Source: a virus
Length of the DNA: 64,000 nt
Direction: 5' to 3' (one strand)
Virus record (IMG/VR): IMGVR_UViG_3300033405_000004
Coordinates: 93,323 to 157,322 of that record
Made by a program: the position numbers and the translations under genes. The notes beneath the pieces were generated by a model. It did not search any database. It was given only the letters and a program-made list of their open reading frames with translations, and was not told the DNA's origin. Position 1 is the first letter of the stretch, and every line of letters begins with the position of its first letter. Shown here piece after piece: positions 9,564-18,832 of the stretch.

Positions 9564-11015
9564 TCAGGTCTCCAGCCTGCGCCTCGGCGGGGGCAGCGCG
9601 CCCTCGCTTCCGGGCTCCGACGGCTCGTCGGCGGCGTTCGTGGCGGCGCGCACGCCCTCGCGGATGATGCTGCTCAGTTGCGGGCGGGCAGCCTTGCCCT
9701 GCTGCGGGCTGGCGGCGGTGCTGATCGGCGGCGCCGCGTCGCGCCTCTCGGGCGGCACCTCGTCGAGCGCGTCGCCCTCCTGCTGGGCGTCCCGGCGGGG
9801 CGGCGGCGACGCCGCCACCCTCGCGTCGGCGCGGCGCACCGCGGGCGGGGGCGAGGCGCGCACTGGGGGCGGGGGCTCTTCAGCTCCCCCAGCCTCTTCG
9901 CCGCTGGCAGCGGCGGCATCCTCGTCCAAAAGTGGATCGTGCGCGGGAGCGGAGCGGCGCAAGACAGCGTCGCGATCTGCTGGGTGCAGCACTTGGGTCG
10001 TGTCCGAATCGGCGCGGCGTGCCGTCCGCTCAGGCGGCGCTTCTGAGCGCCGGGGCGGAGGTGCCTCCTCACGCCTGGGCGGGGGTGCCTCCTCGCGCCT
10101 GGCCTCTGTCCGTCGGGGCGGCGGCTCTTCGCGCCTGGGTGGTTCTTCGCGCCGGGGTGGAGCCTCCTCGCGTCGGGACGGGGGCGGCGCCTCCTCCCTG
10201 GACTCGCTGCGCCGCGGCCTGTCGTCCCCCTGGCGGGGCGCGCGGTCGTCGTCGCCCTCAGCCTCCCGCTGGCGCGTCCTCGGCCCGCCGAGGATGGCCT
10301 CGTCCAGCTTGTCCAGCGCCTCGTCCAGCTGCGCCGGGGTGAGCGGCTTGAAGTCCTCGACCTTCACCTTCGCGATGATGTCCTCCACGACCTTCTCGGA
10401 GTCCTCGGCGGTGTGCACCGGCTTCGGGTCCTCGCGGTCGAACTTCACCATGCCGCGGTTGTCCTTCCTGATCCACACGTCGTAGCCCCTCACCGGGTCG
10501 AGCAGGCCGAGCGGCACCTCGCCCCGGCGGGTGGACCGCTTGAACATGGCCGACAGCTCTAGCCACTGGTTGCGGTTCAGCCAGAAGGCGTACGGCTTGT
10601 ACAGGTCGCTCTTCGGCACGGCGCGCGGCTCGTCGCCGCTCTCCTCGCGCTCCCAGGTGATGACGTAGGTCAGCCACTGCGGGAAGGCGCTGCAGAAGTT
10701 GGCGCGCTCGGCGACCCTCGTGTTCTGCGAGGCGAGGTACTTGTCGCACAGGTCGCACAGCTCGCACTGGCACGCCGGGTCGCCGCCCACGTCGGGCGAG
10801 GTGACCTTCTTGCAGACGTAGGGCCGCTTGTTGATCCAGTGGCGGCCGACGCGGAGGTACCAGGTGCCCCGCGCGCCGAGCCTGACCGGGATGAACCGGG
10901 CGAGGACGGATTCGTTTTTCTTGAGGTCGAGGCGCTCGGCGCGGTTGAACCGCGAGGACGCGAAGACGCGCTCCTCTTCGAGGAGGTTGCTGAGTTCGGG
11001 ATCGACTTGGACCAT
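9564..11015 (-). CDS. gp32-like ssDNA-binding protein with a long charged tail
   Basis: RFIP..HW..C..C-x2-C N-domain, DPVRGYD motif, position between UvsY and RecA. Confidence 0.7.
   Translation of the reverse strand: MVQVDPELSNLLEEERVFASSRFNRAERLDLKKNESVLARFIPVRLGARGTWYLRVGRHWINKRPYVCKKVTSPDVGGDPACQCELCDLCDKYLASQNTRVAERANFCSAFPQWLTYVITWEREESGDEPRAVPKSDLYKPYAFWLNRNQWLELSAMFKRSTRRGEVPLGLLDPVRGYDVWIRKDNRGMVKFDREDPKPVHTAEDSEKVVEDIIAKVKVEDFKPLTPAQLDEALDKLDEAILGGPRTRQREAEGDDDRAPRQGDDRPRRSESREEAPPPSRREEAPPRREEPPRREEPPPRRTEARREEAPPPRREEAPPPRRSEAPPERTARRADSDTTQVLHPADRDAVLRRSAPAHDPLLDEDAAAASGEEAGGAEEPPPPVRASPPPAVRRADARVAASPPPRRDAQQEGDALDEVPPERRDAAPPISTAASPQQGKAARPQLSSIIREGVRAATNAADEPSEPGSEGALPPPRRRLET
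10030..10205 (-). repeat. Coding tandem repeat RREE(A)PP(P)
   Basis: About 7 imperfect copies in the SSB tail. Confidence 0.8.
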
Positions 11016-11037
11016 GGTGGGTTGGGTTTGAAGGCTG

Positions 11038-11490
11038 TTACTTTTCTGACGATTCGAAAACTTTGCGCCGGGTCGCCTCGGTCGAGCGCACCAGCTCCAG
11101 CTTCATCTGGAGGTTCTCCTGCGTGCCGCGCAGCCGGGAGACCCAGCCGGAGAGCACGGCGATCTCCTCGTTGAGCTTGCGCACTTGCGGGTCGATCACG
11201 ACCGCGTGCTTGAGGGCGTCCTCGGTCTCCCTCCCGCCGTAGTCGTCGGCGAAGCGGCCCTTCCGCAGATCGAAGTAGGCCATGGCCTCCGCCTCGTCGA
11301 GCTCGTTCCTGCGCTTCTGGAGCGTCTCGATGAAGGCCTGGAGCTGCTCGTTGACCCACTCCGCGATGGAGGGGAGCTCGTTCGCCGCCTGGGAGACGTC
11401 CTCGTACTCGCGGGCGAGGTAGGCGTTCAGGTCGAGCGTGTAGCCGCCGAGGGTGATGGGCGCGATGGTTGGCAGCTTGTTTTTGGGCAC
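11038..11490 (-). CDS. UvsY-like recombination mediator
   Basis: Helical protein with TEDALKHAVVIDPQV. GTG 11490 lies 8 nt after GTTCT. Syntenic with SSB/RecA. Confidence 0.65.
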   Translation of the reverse strand: MPKNKLPTIAPITLGGYTLDLNAYLAREYEDVSQAANELPSIAEWVNEQLQAFIETLQKRRNELDEAEAMAYFDLRKGRFADDYGGRETEDALKHAVVIDPQVRKLNEEIAVLSGWVSRLRGTQENLQMKLELVRSTEATRRKVFESSEK

Positions 11491-11601
11491 GGCTGATAAG
11501 AACAATGTTTACAACCCGCCGGTCAAACAAATCGGGGGAAAGTTATCCACCCGTTTTTGTGGGCGGCGTGTGAGCAAGTTTTGTGGGGAAGATGTGCACA
11601 G

Positions 11602-12999
11602 TCAGTTGAGGGGCTCGGCCATGGCGCTCATCGGCGGCCGCCGGAGCCGCTCGCTCTTCTTTTTCCTCTGCTTCTCCGCCTCGGCGGGGTCGTACGCGAT
11701 CCGCTCCATGAACGTCATGGTCCACGTCCGCGGGTCGACCCGCCCGCGTAGGTGCTGGAAGGCGGGGCCGTGGCGGTTCAGGAAGTTGAAGAAGCGGATC
11801 TGGTGCTGCAGGAACTCCTCGTCGGTGGCGCACAGCCCGAAGGCCACGTCGACGATGCCCGCCTTCTCGAACGACCCCTGGAGCGCCCTGGCGTCCGGCA
11901 CCGGCTGGTCCACCGTCTCGCGGTTGACCCGGTCGGGCATGACCACGGTGGCGCCGAACTCGCCCGCGAGCGCCCGCGCCTCCACGTAGATGCTCGACTG
12001 CTGGCGGTACTCGGCGTCCCGCTTGTTGCTCGGCATGATCGTCTCGGCGAAGTCGATGACGATGAGCCGGGGGTTGATCCCCAGCTGCGCCTTGGCGGTG
12101 TGGGCGTGGGCCCGCAGGTCGCCGATGGTGGCGTTCTTCGACGGGAACGACTTGAAGAGGAGGGTCTTCTTGAGCTTGTCCCTCGCGGCCGCCTTCACGT
12201 CCAGGGTGAACTTTTGGGGGTTCTCGTAGAGGTAGTCCTCGGGGAGCTGGGCCAGGTTGCACATCGCCCGCACCATCGCCAGCTCCTGGTTGATCTCGCA
12301 GGCGTAGTAGATGACGTCCTCGCCGACGGCCGGCGAGGCCACGTTCACGGCGAGGTTGATGCAGAAGCCCGTCTTGTACCGCTTCGGCGGGGCCGCCGGC
12401 ACCACCAGCCAGCCCGGGCCCCAGCCCCGCCTCCAGATCGCGTCGAGCTCCCCGAAGCCGGTGCTGAGGCCGTAGTCCTGGTTGACGACCTTGCCGACGA
12501 CGTCGTCGATGTCCCTCGGGTCGCCCAGCACGTAGCCGAGATCCTCCAGATTCTGGCCGACCTGCATGGCCTGCATGAACAGGCTGGCGAAGCCGTCCTT
12601 CGGGACCTTGCCCTCCTGGAGCAGGCCTACCGACTCGCGGATGGCGTTCACCAGCGCCCGCTCGCGCAGCCAGGAGCCCACCCGGTCGCGGACGTACTGC
12701 CAGTCCGCCGTGTCGAGCGACTTGAGTTTGTTTACATAATCGTGGGCGAGGCCCGCCTCCGCCTCCGGGAGCTGCCTCGTCTCCTCGTCGAGCCGCTGCT
12801 CCAGCACGACCCACGTGGGGTAGCGGTTGTACTTCTCCGCGTGCTCCAGCATGCACCGGGCGGCCAGCGTCGGCTGCACCCCGGCGAAGTACTTCGGCTT
12901 GAGGGCGGCCGCCACGTAGGCGAACTCCTTCGTGTGCCTCGCCATGGTGGCGAGCAGGAGGTCCTGGAAGTCCTCCCTGAAGTCGAAGAGATCGGGCAC
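11602..12999 (-). CDS. DnaB/gp41-like replicative helicase
   Basis: STGFGELD, Walker A-like APPKRYKT, YYACE, LIVIDFAE, NRHG. Confidence 0.88.
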   Translation of the reverse strand: MPDLFDFREDFQDLLLATMARHTKEFAYVAAALKPKYFAGVQPTLAARCMLEHAEKYNRYPTWVVLEQRLDEETRQLPEAEAGLAHDYVNKLKSLDTADWQYVRDRVGSWLRERALVNAIRESVGLLQEGKVPKDGFASLFMQAMQVGQNLEDLGYVLGDPRDIDDVVGKVVNQDYGLSTGFGELDAIWRRGWGPGWLVVPAAPPKRYKTGFCINLAVNVASPAVGEDVIYYACEINQELAMVRAMCNLAQLPEDYLYENPQKFTLDVKAAARDKLKKTLLFKSFPSKNATIGDLRAHAHTAKAQLGINPRLIVIDFAETIMPSNKRDAEYRQQSSIYVEARALAGEFGATVVMPDRVNRETVDQPVPDARALQGSFEKAGIVDVAFGLCATDEEFLQHQIRFFNFLNRHGPAFQHLRGRVDPRTWTMTFMERIAYDPAEAEKQRKKKSERLRRPPMSAMAEPLN

Positions 13000-13011
13000 G
13001 GAGAGAAGAAC
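13000..13011 (-). promoter_or_regulatory. Representative GTTCT-N7-9-start promoter
   Basis: Same motif at about 11 replication/modification gene starts (listed in findings). Confidence 0.7.
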
Positions 13012-14037
13012 TCAGTTGTGTTGTGTTGTGCTGGTTGGTGCTGCGCTGTTCGGCGCTGTGCTAGCTGGTTCGTCCGGGTCCGGGTCTGGCTCGGAAAGCA
13101 GGCACTCCGCCCACAGGATGGCGTCGCCCAGGGCCGACCAGAACGCCATCGGGTGCCTCACCGGCGACCTGGCCTCGAAGTCGGCCTCGCGGTGGCCGTA
13201 GTGCGCGAGCACGCGCCGCAGCACGTCGGGGAGGATCTTCTCCCGCTCGCGGCGCCACTCGTCCCTGTCCCGCCCCGCCTGCGCGACCCGGTGCCGGTGT
13301 CGCTTCAGCTCGTCGCTGTCGCGGGTCGGCGCTTCGAGCCAGCGCCGGGTGTAGGTCGGCTCGGTCGAGAGCCAGCGCGGGTCCAGCGCCAGCTCCTGGG
13401 CGTTGTAGAGGCTGTTTACGGCCCCCTCCCCCCACTTCTGGCGGTGGCCCACCACCCACCTCGCCGCCAGCCATTCGCTGGCTGCCAGTGCGCGGGTGGC
13501 GTCCTCGGTCGGCCCGACCATCGAGAGGAGCGTCGTCATGTCGAACACGCCGTAGCGGCCAGCCGCTGCCTGCCGGTACATCTCGACGTTCTTCTTGGCG
13601 GCCGGGCCGAGCAGCATGCGCGCGTGGAACCTGCGCCCCGGGCTGCCCTCGTTCGTGTCGCGGAACGCCATCATCGCCGCGAAGATGTAGAGCCGGAGCG
13701 TGATGCCGTCCCTGCGCAGGCCCGCGCGGAGGCGGCGCCCCTGTAGCTGGGTCATGCGGGCCGGCGCCCTCTTGAAGACCTGGCGGTAGCACGAGGCGTA
13801 GGTGCCGAGCACGTCCTCCCGGTCGGGGTCGCCGCTGTCCAGCTGCGCCACCGGCCCCAGGCTGAACGCCAGGCGGCTCAGCGGCACCCTGCCCGCCCGC
13901 GAGCCCGTGGCTTTGAGGCAGCGGGCCTCGTGGGGGCAGGTCCTGCACTTCGGGTCCGCGCCGTCGTGCTCCAGCGCAAAGCACGGCAGGGGCGCCGGCG
14001 GCGCCGGGCGCCGCATGAACTGGGTTTGTTCGGGCAC
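13012..14037 (-). CDS. Hypothetical protein with an N-terminal 4-Cys motif
   Basis: CFALEHDGADPKCRTCPHEARC. GTTCT-N9-GTG start. Confidence 0.7.
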   Translation of the reverse strand: MPEQTQFMRRPAPPAPLPCFALEHDGADPKCRTCPHEARCLKATGSRAGRVPLSRLAFSLGPVAQLDSGDPDREDVLGTYASCYRQVFKRAPARMTQLQGRRLRAGLRRDGITLRLYIFAAMMAFRDTNEGSPGRRFHARMLLGPAAKKNVEMYRQAAAGRYGVFDMTTLLSMVGPTEDATRALAASEWLAARWVVGHRQKWGEGAVNSLYNAQELALDPRWLSTEPTYTRRWLEAPTRDSDELKRHRHRVAQAGRDRDEWRREREKILPDVLRRVLAHYGHREADFEARSPVRHPMAFWSALGDAILWAECLLSEPDPDPDEPASTAPNSAAPTSTTQHN

Positions 14038-14070
14038 GCGATGGGAAGAACTCGTTCTTAGACCCCGCAG

Positions 14071-17000
14071 ATGGAACCCAAGCGGTCAAAGGCCCGGAAG
14101 CCCACGGTCCCGAAGTTCGTTCGCGACCTGATGGCGGCGAGGGAGGCGGGCGGCAAGCTGCTCGCGGGCGACGCCTCGCCCATCTGCCAGAAGTGCGGCC
14201 TGAACGAGTGCGGGGCGCGGCAGCCCTACGTCAAGTTCCACGGCGCGGAGGACCCGCTGCTCACCGTCGTCTTCGACTCCATCTCCAGGCGCGAGGACGA
14301 CGCCGACGAGATCGCCGTGGAGGGCTCGGCCAACGGGTTGCTCCGTAAGGTGCTGGAGCACGAGGCCAAGGATCTCGGCGTCGACTTGGGGCGCGTGCGG
14401 TGGGTTGCCACGACGCGCTGTGCTAACCGGCGGGACGGGAAGAAGGTCAACTACAAGACGCACGGCAACTGGTGCCGCTACTTCGCCGTGCAGGACCTCC
14501 GCAGGCGCCCGCCCGCCGTCGTGATGCCCGTCGGCTCGACCGCCCTGGCTATGTTCTCGCACAAGGCCAGCGCCTACAACTGGGCGGGCAAGGTGCTTAA
14601 CTGGCGCGGCTGGCCGGACGGCTGGCTCGTCGACAAGGCCTTCGCGGAGGGCCACCCGTTCTTCGGGCCGAGGCCGGCGGAGTCCGAGCGCCGCCCCATG
14701 GTGCCGGTGCAGGCGCCGCGGGTCGTCTACATGACGCAGAACCCGCAGGAGAAGGCGCGCTGGATTCGCCACATCCGCCGGGCGCTGGAGCTCGTCGTCC
14801 ACGGGGCGCAGGCCCCGAGCTACGACCGCCCGTGGTTCCGCCTGCTGGAGACGCCGGAGGAGGTCGAGGCCGCCCTCGACGCCATCCCCGGCGGGGTCTC
14901 GCTCACCTACGACTCCGAGACCACCGGCCTGCTCGCCTTCCTGAACGGGGCCGCCATCGTCTTCATGATGTTCCGGTACAAGCTGCCGGACGGCGCGCCC
15001 GTGGCGATCGCCTTCCCCTGGGACTACGAGGGCAGCCCGCTCAGGCCGCACATCAGGCGGCTCACCCCGCGCGTCCTCTCGACCATGTACCGGACCAAGC
15101 TCAACGGTCACAACCTGGGCTTCGACGTGATCTACGCCTTCGCGACCCTGGAGGGGGCCAGCTTGTCGAAGCTGACTGCGGCGATGGACTGCGACACGCG
15201 GCACCTCATCTACACTTACCGGCAGACCAACGAGTCGCTCGGCTTGGAGCGCGTCGCCTACGACTGGTGCCCCGACATGGCCGGGTATGAGGAGGCCTTT
15301 GAGCTCCTCAAGCAGTCCGAGCCAACCCTGCTCGATCCCGCCGCGGGCGAGGGCGGCCACTACGCGAAGTGCCCGCGCGAGCTCTGGCCGACGCACTTCC
15401 TGCCGTACGTCTTCGGCGACGTCGAGGTCGCCGCCGGGACGCGCGAGTCCACGCTGGCGAAGCTCAGGGAGGCGCGCTCCTACATGTTCCCCCTCGCCGA
15501 CCCGGCGCACCTCGGTCGCTTCCGCCTCTACAAGCCGCTGCACCGGCTCCAGACCTACCGGCGCATCATGCTGCCCAGCCAGCGGGTGCTCACCCGGCTC
15601 ATGGGCCGGGGCATGTTCGTCGACGTGGACGAGCTGGAGCACCAGGAGGACACCTTCCCCAAGATGATCGTGGCGGCCCGCGCCAAGCTCCGCCTGGTCG
15701 ACGAGCGCATCGTCAAGTGGTGCCAGGCCCAGGAAGCCACCGTCCCCGACTGGAAGCTCGACTTGGAGGACCGTGACCAGCTCAAGACCATCCTCTTCGA
15801 GATCCTCAACCTCCCGGTGAAGCGGCTCACCGAGACAGGCATCCGGCTCCTTGGCGAGGACCTGGCTGAGGTGTCGAGGGAGGACCAGTTCAAGTACGCC
15901 GCCATCGACCGGTACACGCTCAACGGCCTCGCCGCTGAGTTCCCGAACCCCCTGAAGCCCGACGAGAGCTTGCTCAAGCCGCTCCAGGACTACCGCAAGC
16001 TCTACAAGGCCTACACCACCTACGTGCGCTCCATGCGCAACCTGTTCAGCAAGGGCGTCGACAAGAAGGAGCGCGAGAAGGAGCAGTACCTCATGCCCGA
16101 CTACTGCGTCCACCCGACCTTCAACCAGTGCGGCACCCGATCGGGCCGGCTCAGCTCCAGCCAGCCCAACGCCCAGCAGCTCCCCAAGGACTCCATCGTG
16201 AAGCGGTTCTACACCTCCCGCTTCGGCGAGCGCGGTTGCATCTACCAGGCCGACCTGTCGCAGATCGAGCTGCGCTTGCTCGCCGCGGCCAGCGGCGACC
16301 CCCTCATGGTCAAGACCTACCGGGAGGGCACGGACATCCACTCGACCACCATGTCGCGGATCTTCAAGCTGCCTTACGAGCAGTGCGTGAAGGAGTGGGT
16401 CTCCAAGCTCCAGGCGGAGGGTCGGGACGCCGAGGCCAAGAAGATGGAGCTGTGGCGCCGCATCGCCAAGACCACCAACTTCCTCACGTCGTACGGCGGC
16501 GGCGCTTACGGCCTCCAGACCACCCTGGCCGAGGATGCCGTCTACCTCCCCATCGAGGAGTGTGAGCGCATCGTCGAGGCCCTCTTCGACACCTACCCCA
16601 AGCTGCGCGAGCATATCGGCGTCTACAAGCAGTTCATCCTCGACCACGGCCTGGCCGTCTCCATGTCGGGTCGCATCCGGGTCTTTGAGGACGTCTACTC
16701 CGACGACCGCGGCGTCCTCAGCAAGGCCCTTCGCTCCGGCTACAACCACCTGATCCAGTCCACCGCCTCCGACATGATGCTTACCTGCATGGCCGCCATC
16801 GAGGCCGCCATGCGCCAAGCCGGGCTGGAGTCCATTCTCGTTTCTACCGTCCACGACTCCATCGTCACCGACGCCGTCCGGGCCGAGCTGCCGCAGGTTC
16901 ACGCCATCACCATGGAGGTCATCAACAACATCCCCGACGTGCTGGAGCTCATGTGGGGGCCGGGCTTCAACTCCGACTGGACCCGCATCCTTCCGTTCGG

Positions 17001-17094
17001 GGGCGATGCCGACGTGGGCCTCAACTACCTGGATGTGAAGCGGGTGGAGGGCGACGACCCGGACTGGGACGCCCTCCTTAGCAAAAAGTCATAG
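14071..17094 (+). CDS. Family A DNA polymerase with N-terminal family-4 UDG-like and 3'-5' exonuclease domains
   Basis: YDSETTGL, GHNLGFD, TRSGRLSSSQPNAQQLP, ADLSQIELR, AKTTNF..YG, TVHDSI. Confidence 0.95.
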   Translation: MEPKRSKARKPTVPKFVRDLMAAREAGGKLLAGDASPICQKCGLNECGARQPYVKFHGAEDPLLTVVFDSISRREDDADEIAVEGSANGLLRKVLEHEAKDLGVDLGRVRWVATTRCANRRDGKKVNYKTHGNWCRYFAVQDLRRRPPAVVMPVGSTALAMFSHKASAYNWAGKVLNWRGWPDGWLVDKAFAEGHPFFGPRPAESERRPMVPVQAPRVVYMTQNPQEKARWIRHIRRALELVVHGAQAPSYDRPWFRLLETPEEVEAALDAIPGGVSLTYDSETTGLLAFLNGAAIVFMMFRYKLPDGAPVAIAFPWDYEGSPLRPHIRRLTPRVLSTMYRTKLNGHNLGFDVIYAFATLEGASLSKLTAAMDCDTRHLIYTYRQTNESLGLERVAYDWCPDMAGYEEAFELLKQSEPTLLDPAAGEGGHYAKCPRELWPTHFLPYVFGDVEVAAGTRESTLAKLREARSYMFPLADPAHLGRFRLYKPLHRLQTYRRIMLPSQRVLTRLMGRGMFVDVDELEHQEDTFPKMIVAARAKLRLVDERIVKWCQAQEATVPDWKLDLEDRDQLKTILFEILNLPVKRLTETGIRLLGEDLAEVSREDQFKYAAIDRYTLNGLAAEFPNPLKPDESLLKPLQDYRKLYKAYTTYVRSMRNLFSKGVDKKEREKEQYLMPDYCVHPTFNQCGTRSGRLSSSQPNAQQLPKDSIVKRFYTSRFGERGCIYQADLSQIELRLLAAASGDPLMVKTYREGTDIHSTTMSRIFKLPYEQCVKEWVSKLQAEGRDAEAKKMELWRRIAKTTNFLTSYGGGAYGLQTTLAEDAVYLPIEECERIVEALFDTYPKLREHIGVYKQFILDHGLAVSMSGRIRVFEDVYSDDRGVLSKALRSGYNHLIQSTASDMMLTCMAAIEAAMRQAGLESILVSTVHDSIVTDAVRAELPQVHAITMEVINNIPDVLELMWGPGFNSDWTRILPFGGDADVGLNYLDVKRVEGDDPDWDALLSKKS

Positions 17095-17142
17095 ACATTT
17101 TGTTGTTTACAACTGCCCTCCTCACTCCCCATTATTCCGGGC

Positions 17143-17778
17143 ATGGCACAGGAAATCCGCGACTTCAAGGCCCACCCTAATTTGCTTTGGGACGTCATCA
17201 CCCGCCAGGCGGGTACGCTCGGCAAGGCCATGCTGGAGGGCGTCTGCAACTCCTGCGACGCCGGGGCAACGCGGATTGACGTCTCGCTCGGTGCGGACAG
17301 CTTCTCCATCGTGGACAACGGGCGCGGCTTCCGCGACAAGGCGGAGATCACGCAGGTCTTCGAGATCTTCGGCCAGCCGCACGCCGAGGGCGACGCCCTG
17401 TACGGGTGGTTCCGCATGGGGCGCGGCCAAATCATGGCCTTCGCCAAGACGGTGTGGCGGTCCAACGGCTCGGTCATGCGGGTCGACATCAAGAAGGACG
17501 GCCTGCGCTACGAGTACGCCGAGCTCAGCCCGCCCGAACCCGGCTGCCGCATCGACGGCATGCTCTACGAGCCGCTCAGCCTCGGTCAGGTTCGGATGGT
17601 CGCCGACGAGGTCGTTCGCGACTGCCGCTACATTGCGGCCCAGCTTTTCATCAACGGCGCGCAGGTGAACGACGACCCCGCCAAGAAGAAGTGGCCCCTT
17701 GAAGGCCCCGACTTTTGGGGGCGGGTTAGCCCCGGCGGCGGGCGGATAACTTTTTTTGTAAACAGTCTTAGTTACGGT
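17143..17778 (+). CDS. GHKL (HSP90-like) ATPase domain, no stop before the downstream gene
   Basis: EGVCNSCDA, DNGRGF, GWFRMG. The frame continues into 17779..18360. Confidence 0.65.
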
Positions 17779-18360
17779 ATGAAATTAGTTAGTGGAAACA
17801 TAGACATAAGCGTGCCTGATGGGGTGTCCGGCGGATGGCGCGTGGAGACGTTCACGGTCTCCCAGCAGGAGTCCGACTTCACGCGTCTGCGTGCCGTCTG
17901 TGGCCATCCGGCCGAGTTCGTGTCGCCCGGCAGCTACAAGCGCCTCATGCACGGGGGCACTGTGGTGATGTCGAACACGCCGCATGAAATCCTGACCCAC
18001 CGGCCCGTGATCAGGATGGCGCGGGGGCGCGTGCTCCTTAACGGCCTTGGCCTGGGCGTGTGCCTCAAGGTCATCCTTGCGGACGCGGAGGTTGAGCACG
18101 TCACTGTGGTCGAGAAGGAGGCTGACGTGCTCAGGCTGGTCGGCCCGACCTACGAGTGCCCTCGCCTCACGCTGATCCACGGCGACGCCTATACCCGCGA
18201 GCTTCGTCGGGGCGAGCGGTACGATGTCGCCTGGCACGACATCTGGAACGAGATTTGTAGCGACAACGCCGACGATATGCGGCGGTTGATGCGCAAGTAC
18301 GCCCGGCGGGCGGCCTGGCAGGGCTGCTGGTGCTACTACGAGACGCTCCGGGATCGGTAA
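17779..18360 (+). CDS. SAM-dependent methyltransferase (spermidine-synthase-like fold)
   Basis: VLLNGLGLG, VTVVEK, IHGDAY, YDVAWHDIW. Has its own TAGTTA-N4-ATG start. Confidence 0.8.
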   Translation: MKLVSGNIDISVPDGVSGGWRVETFTVSQQESDFTRLRAVCGHPAEFVSPGSYKRLMHGGTVVMSNTPHEILTHRPVIRMARGRVLLNGLGLGVCLKVILADAEVEHVTVVEKEADVLRLVGPTYECPRLTLIHGDAYTRELRRGERYDVAWHDIWNEICSDNADDMRRLMRKYARRAAWQGCWCYYETLRDR

Positions 18361-18361
18361 C

Positions 18362-18832
18362 ATGAAGCGGTTGCTGGAGAACCTCACCGGCCCGTGGGCC
18401 TGCGCCAAACGGAACGAGATCCGAAGGCTCCTCCTGCTGGAGCGCGAGCGCCGTGCGCTCGGCGACCTGGAGGGGGCCAAGGCGGCCGGGGAGAAGGCCC
18501 GCCGCATGCGCTCCTTTTATGAGGCCGTCAAGCCCCCCAGGAAGCGCCGCAAAGCCGAGCCGAGGCCGGAGGACCCGGCGCTCGCCCCGGAGAGGGAGGA
18601 GCTGATGGCCCTGCTCACGGCTAGGGAGCGGGAGGGCCGCGGGGCCGTCCGCTACTGGCAGCTGATCGACGGCGCCGCCAAGCGGGCCGGCGCCCGCGGC
18701 AAGGCCGAGATGAAGCGGGTGCGCCTCCGCTACATGTCCGCGTTGGGGGAGCTCCTCAGGGCGGGCCGCGCCGTGCGCGTCTGCAGGCGGTTCGTCCTTT
18801 CCGTGGGCGCGATCAGCGCAACCGGAAGATGA
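18362..18832 (+). CDS. Hypothetical basic protein
   Basis: Coupled to the upstream stop, coding bias. Confidence 0.6.
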   Translation: MKRLLENLTGPWACAKRNEIRRLLLLERERRALGDLEGAKAAGEKARRMRSFYEAVKPPRKRRKAEPRPEDPALAPEREELMALLTAREREGRGAVRYWQLIDGAAKRAGARGKAEMKRVRLRYMSALGELLRAGRAVRVCRRFVLSVGAISATGR

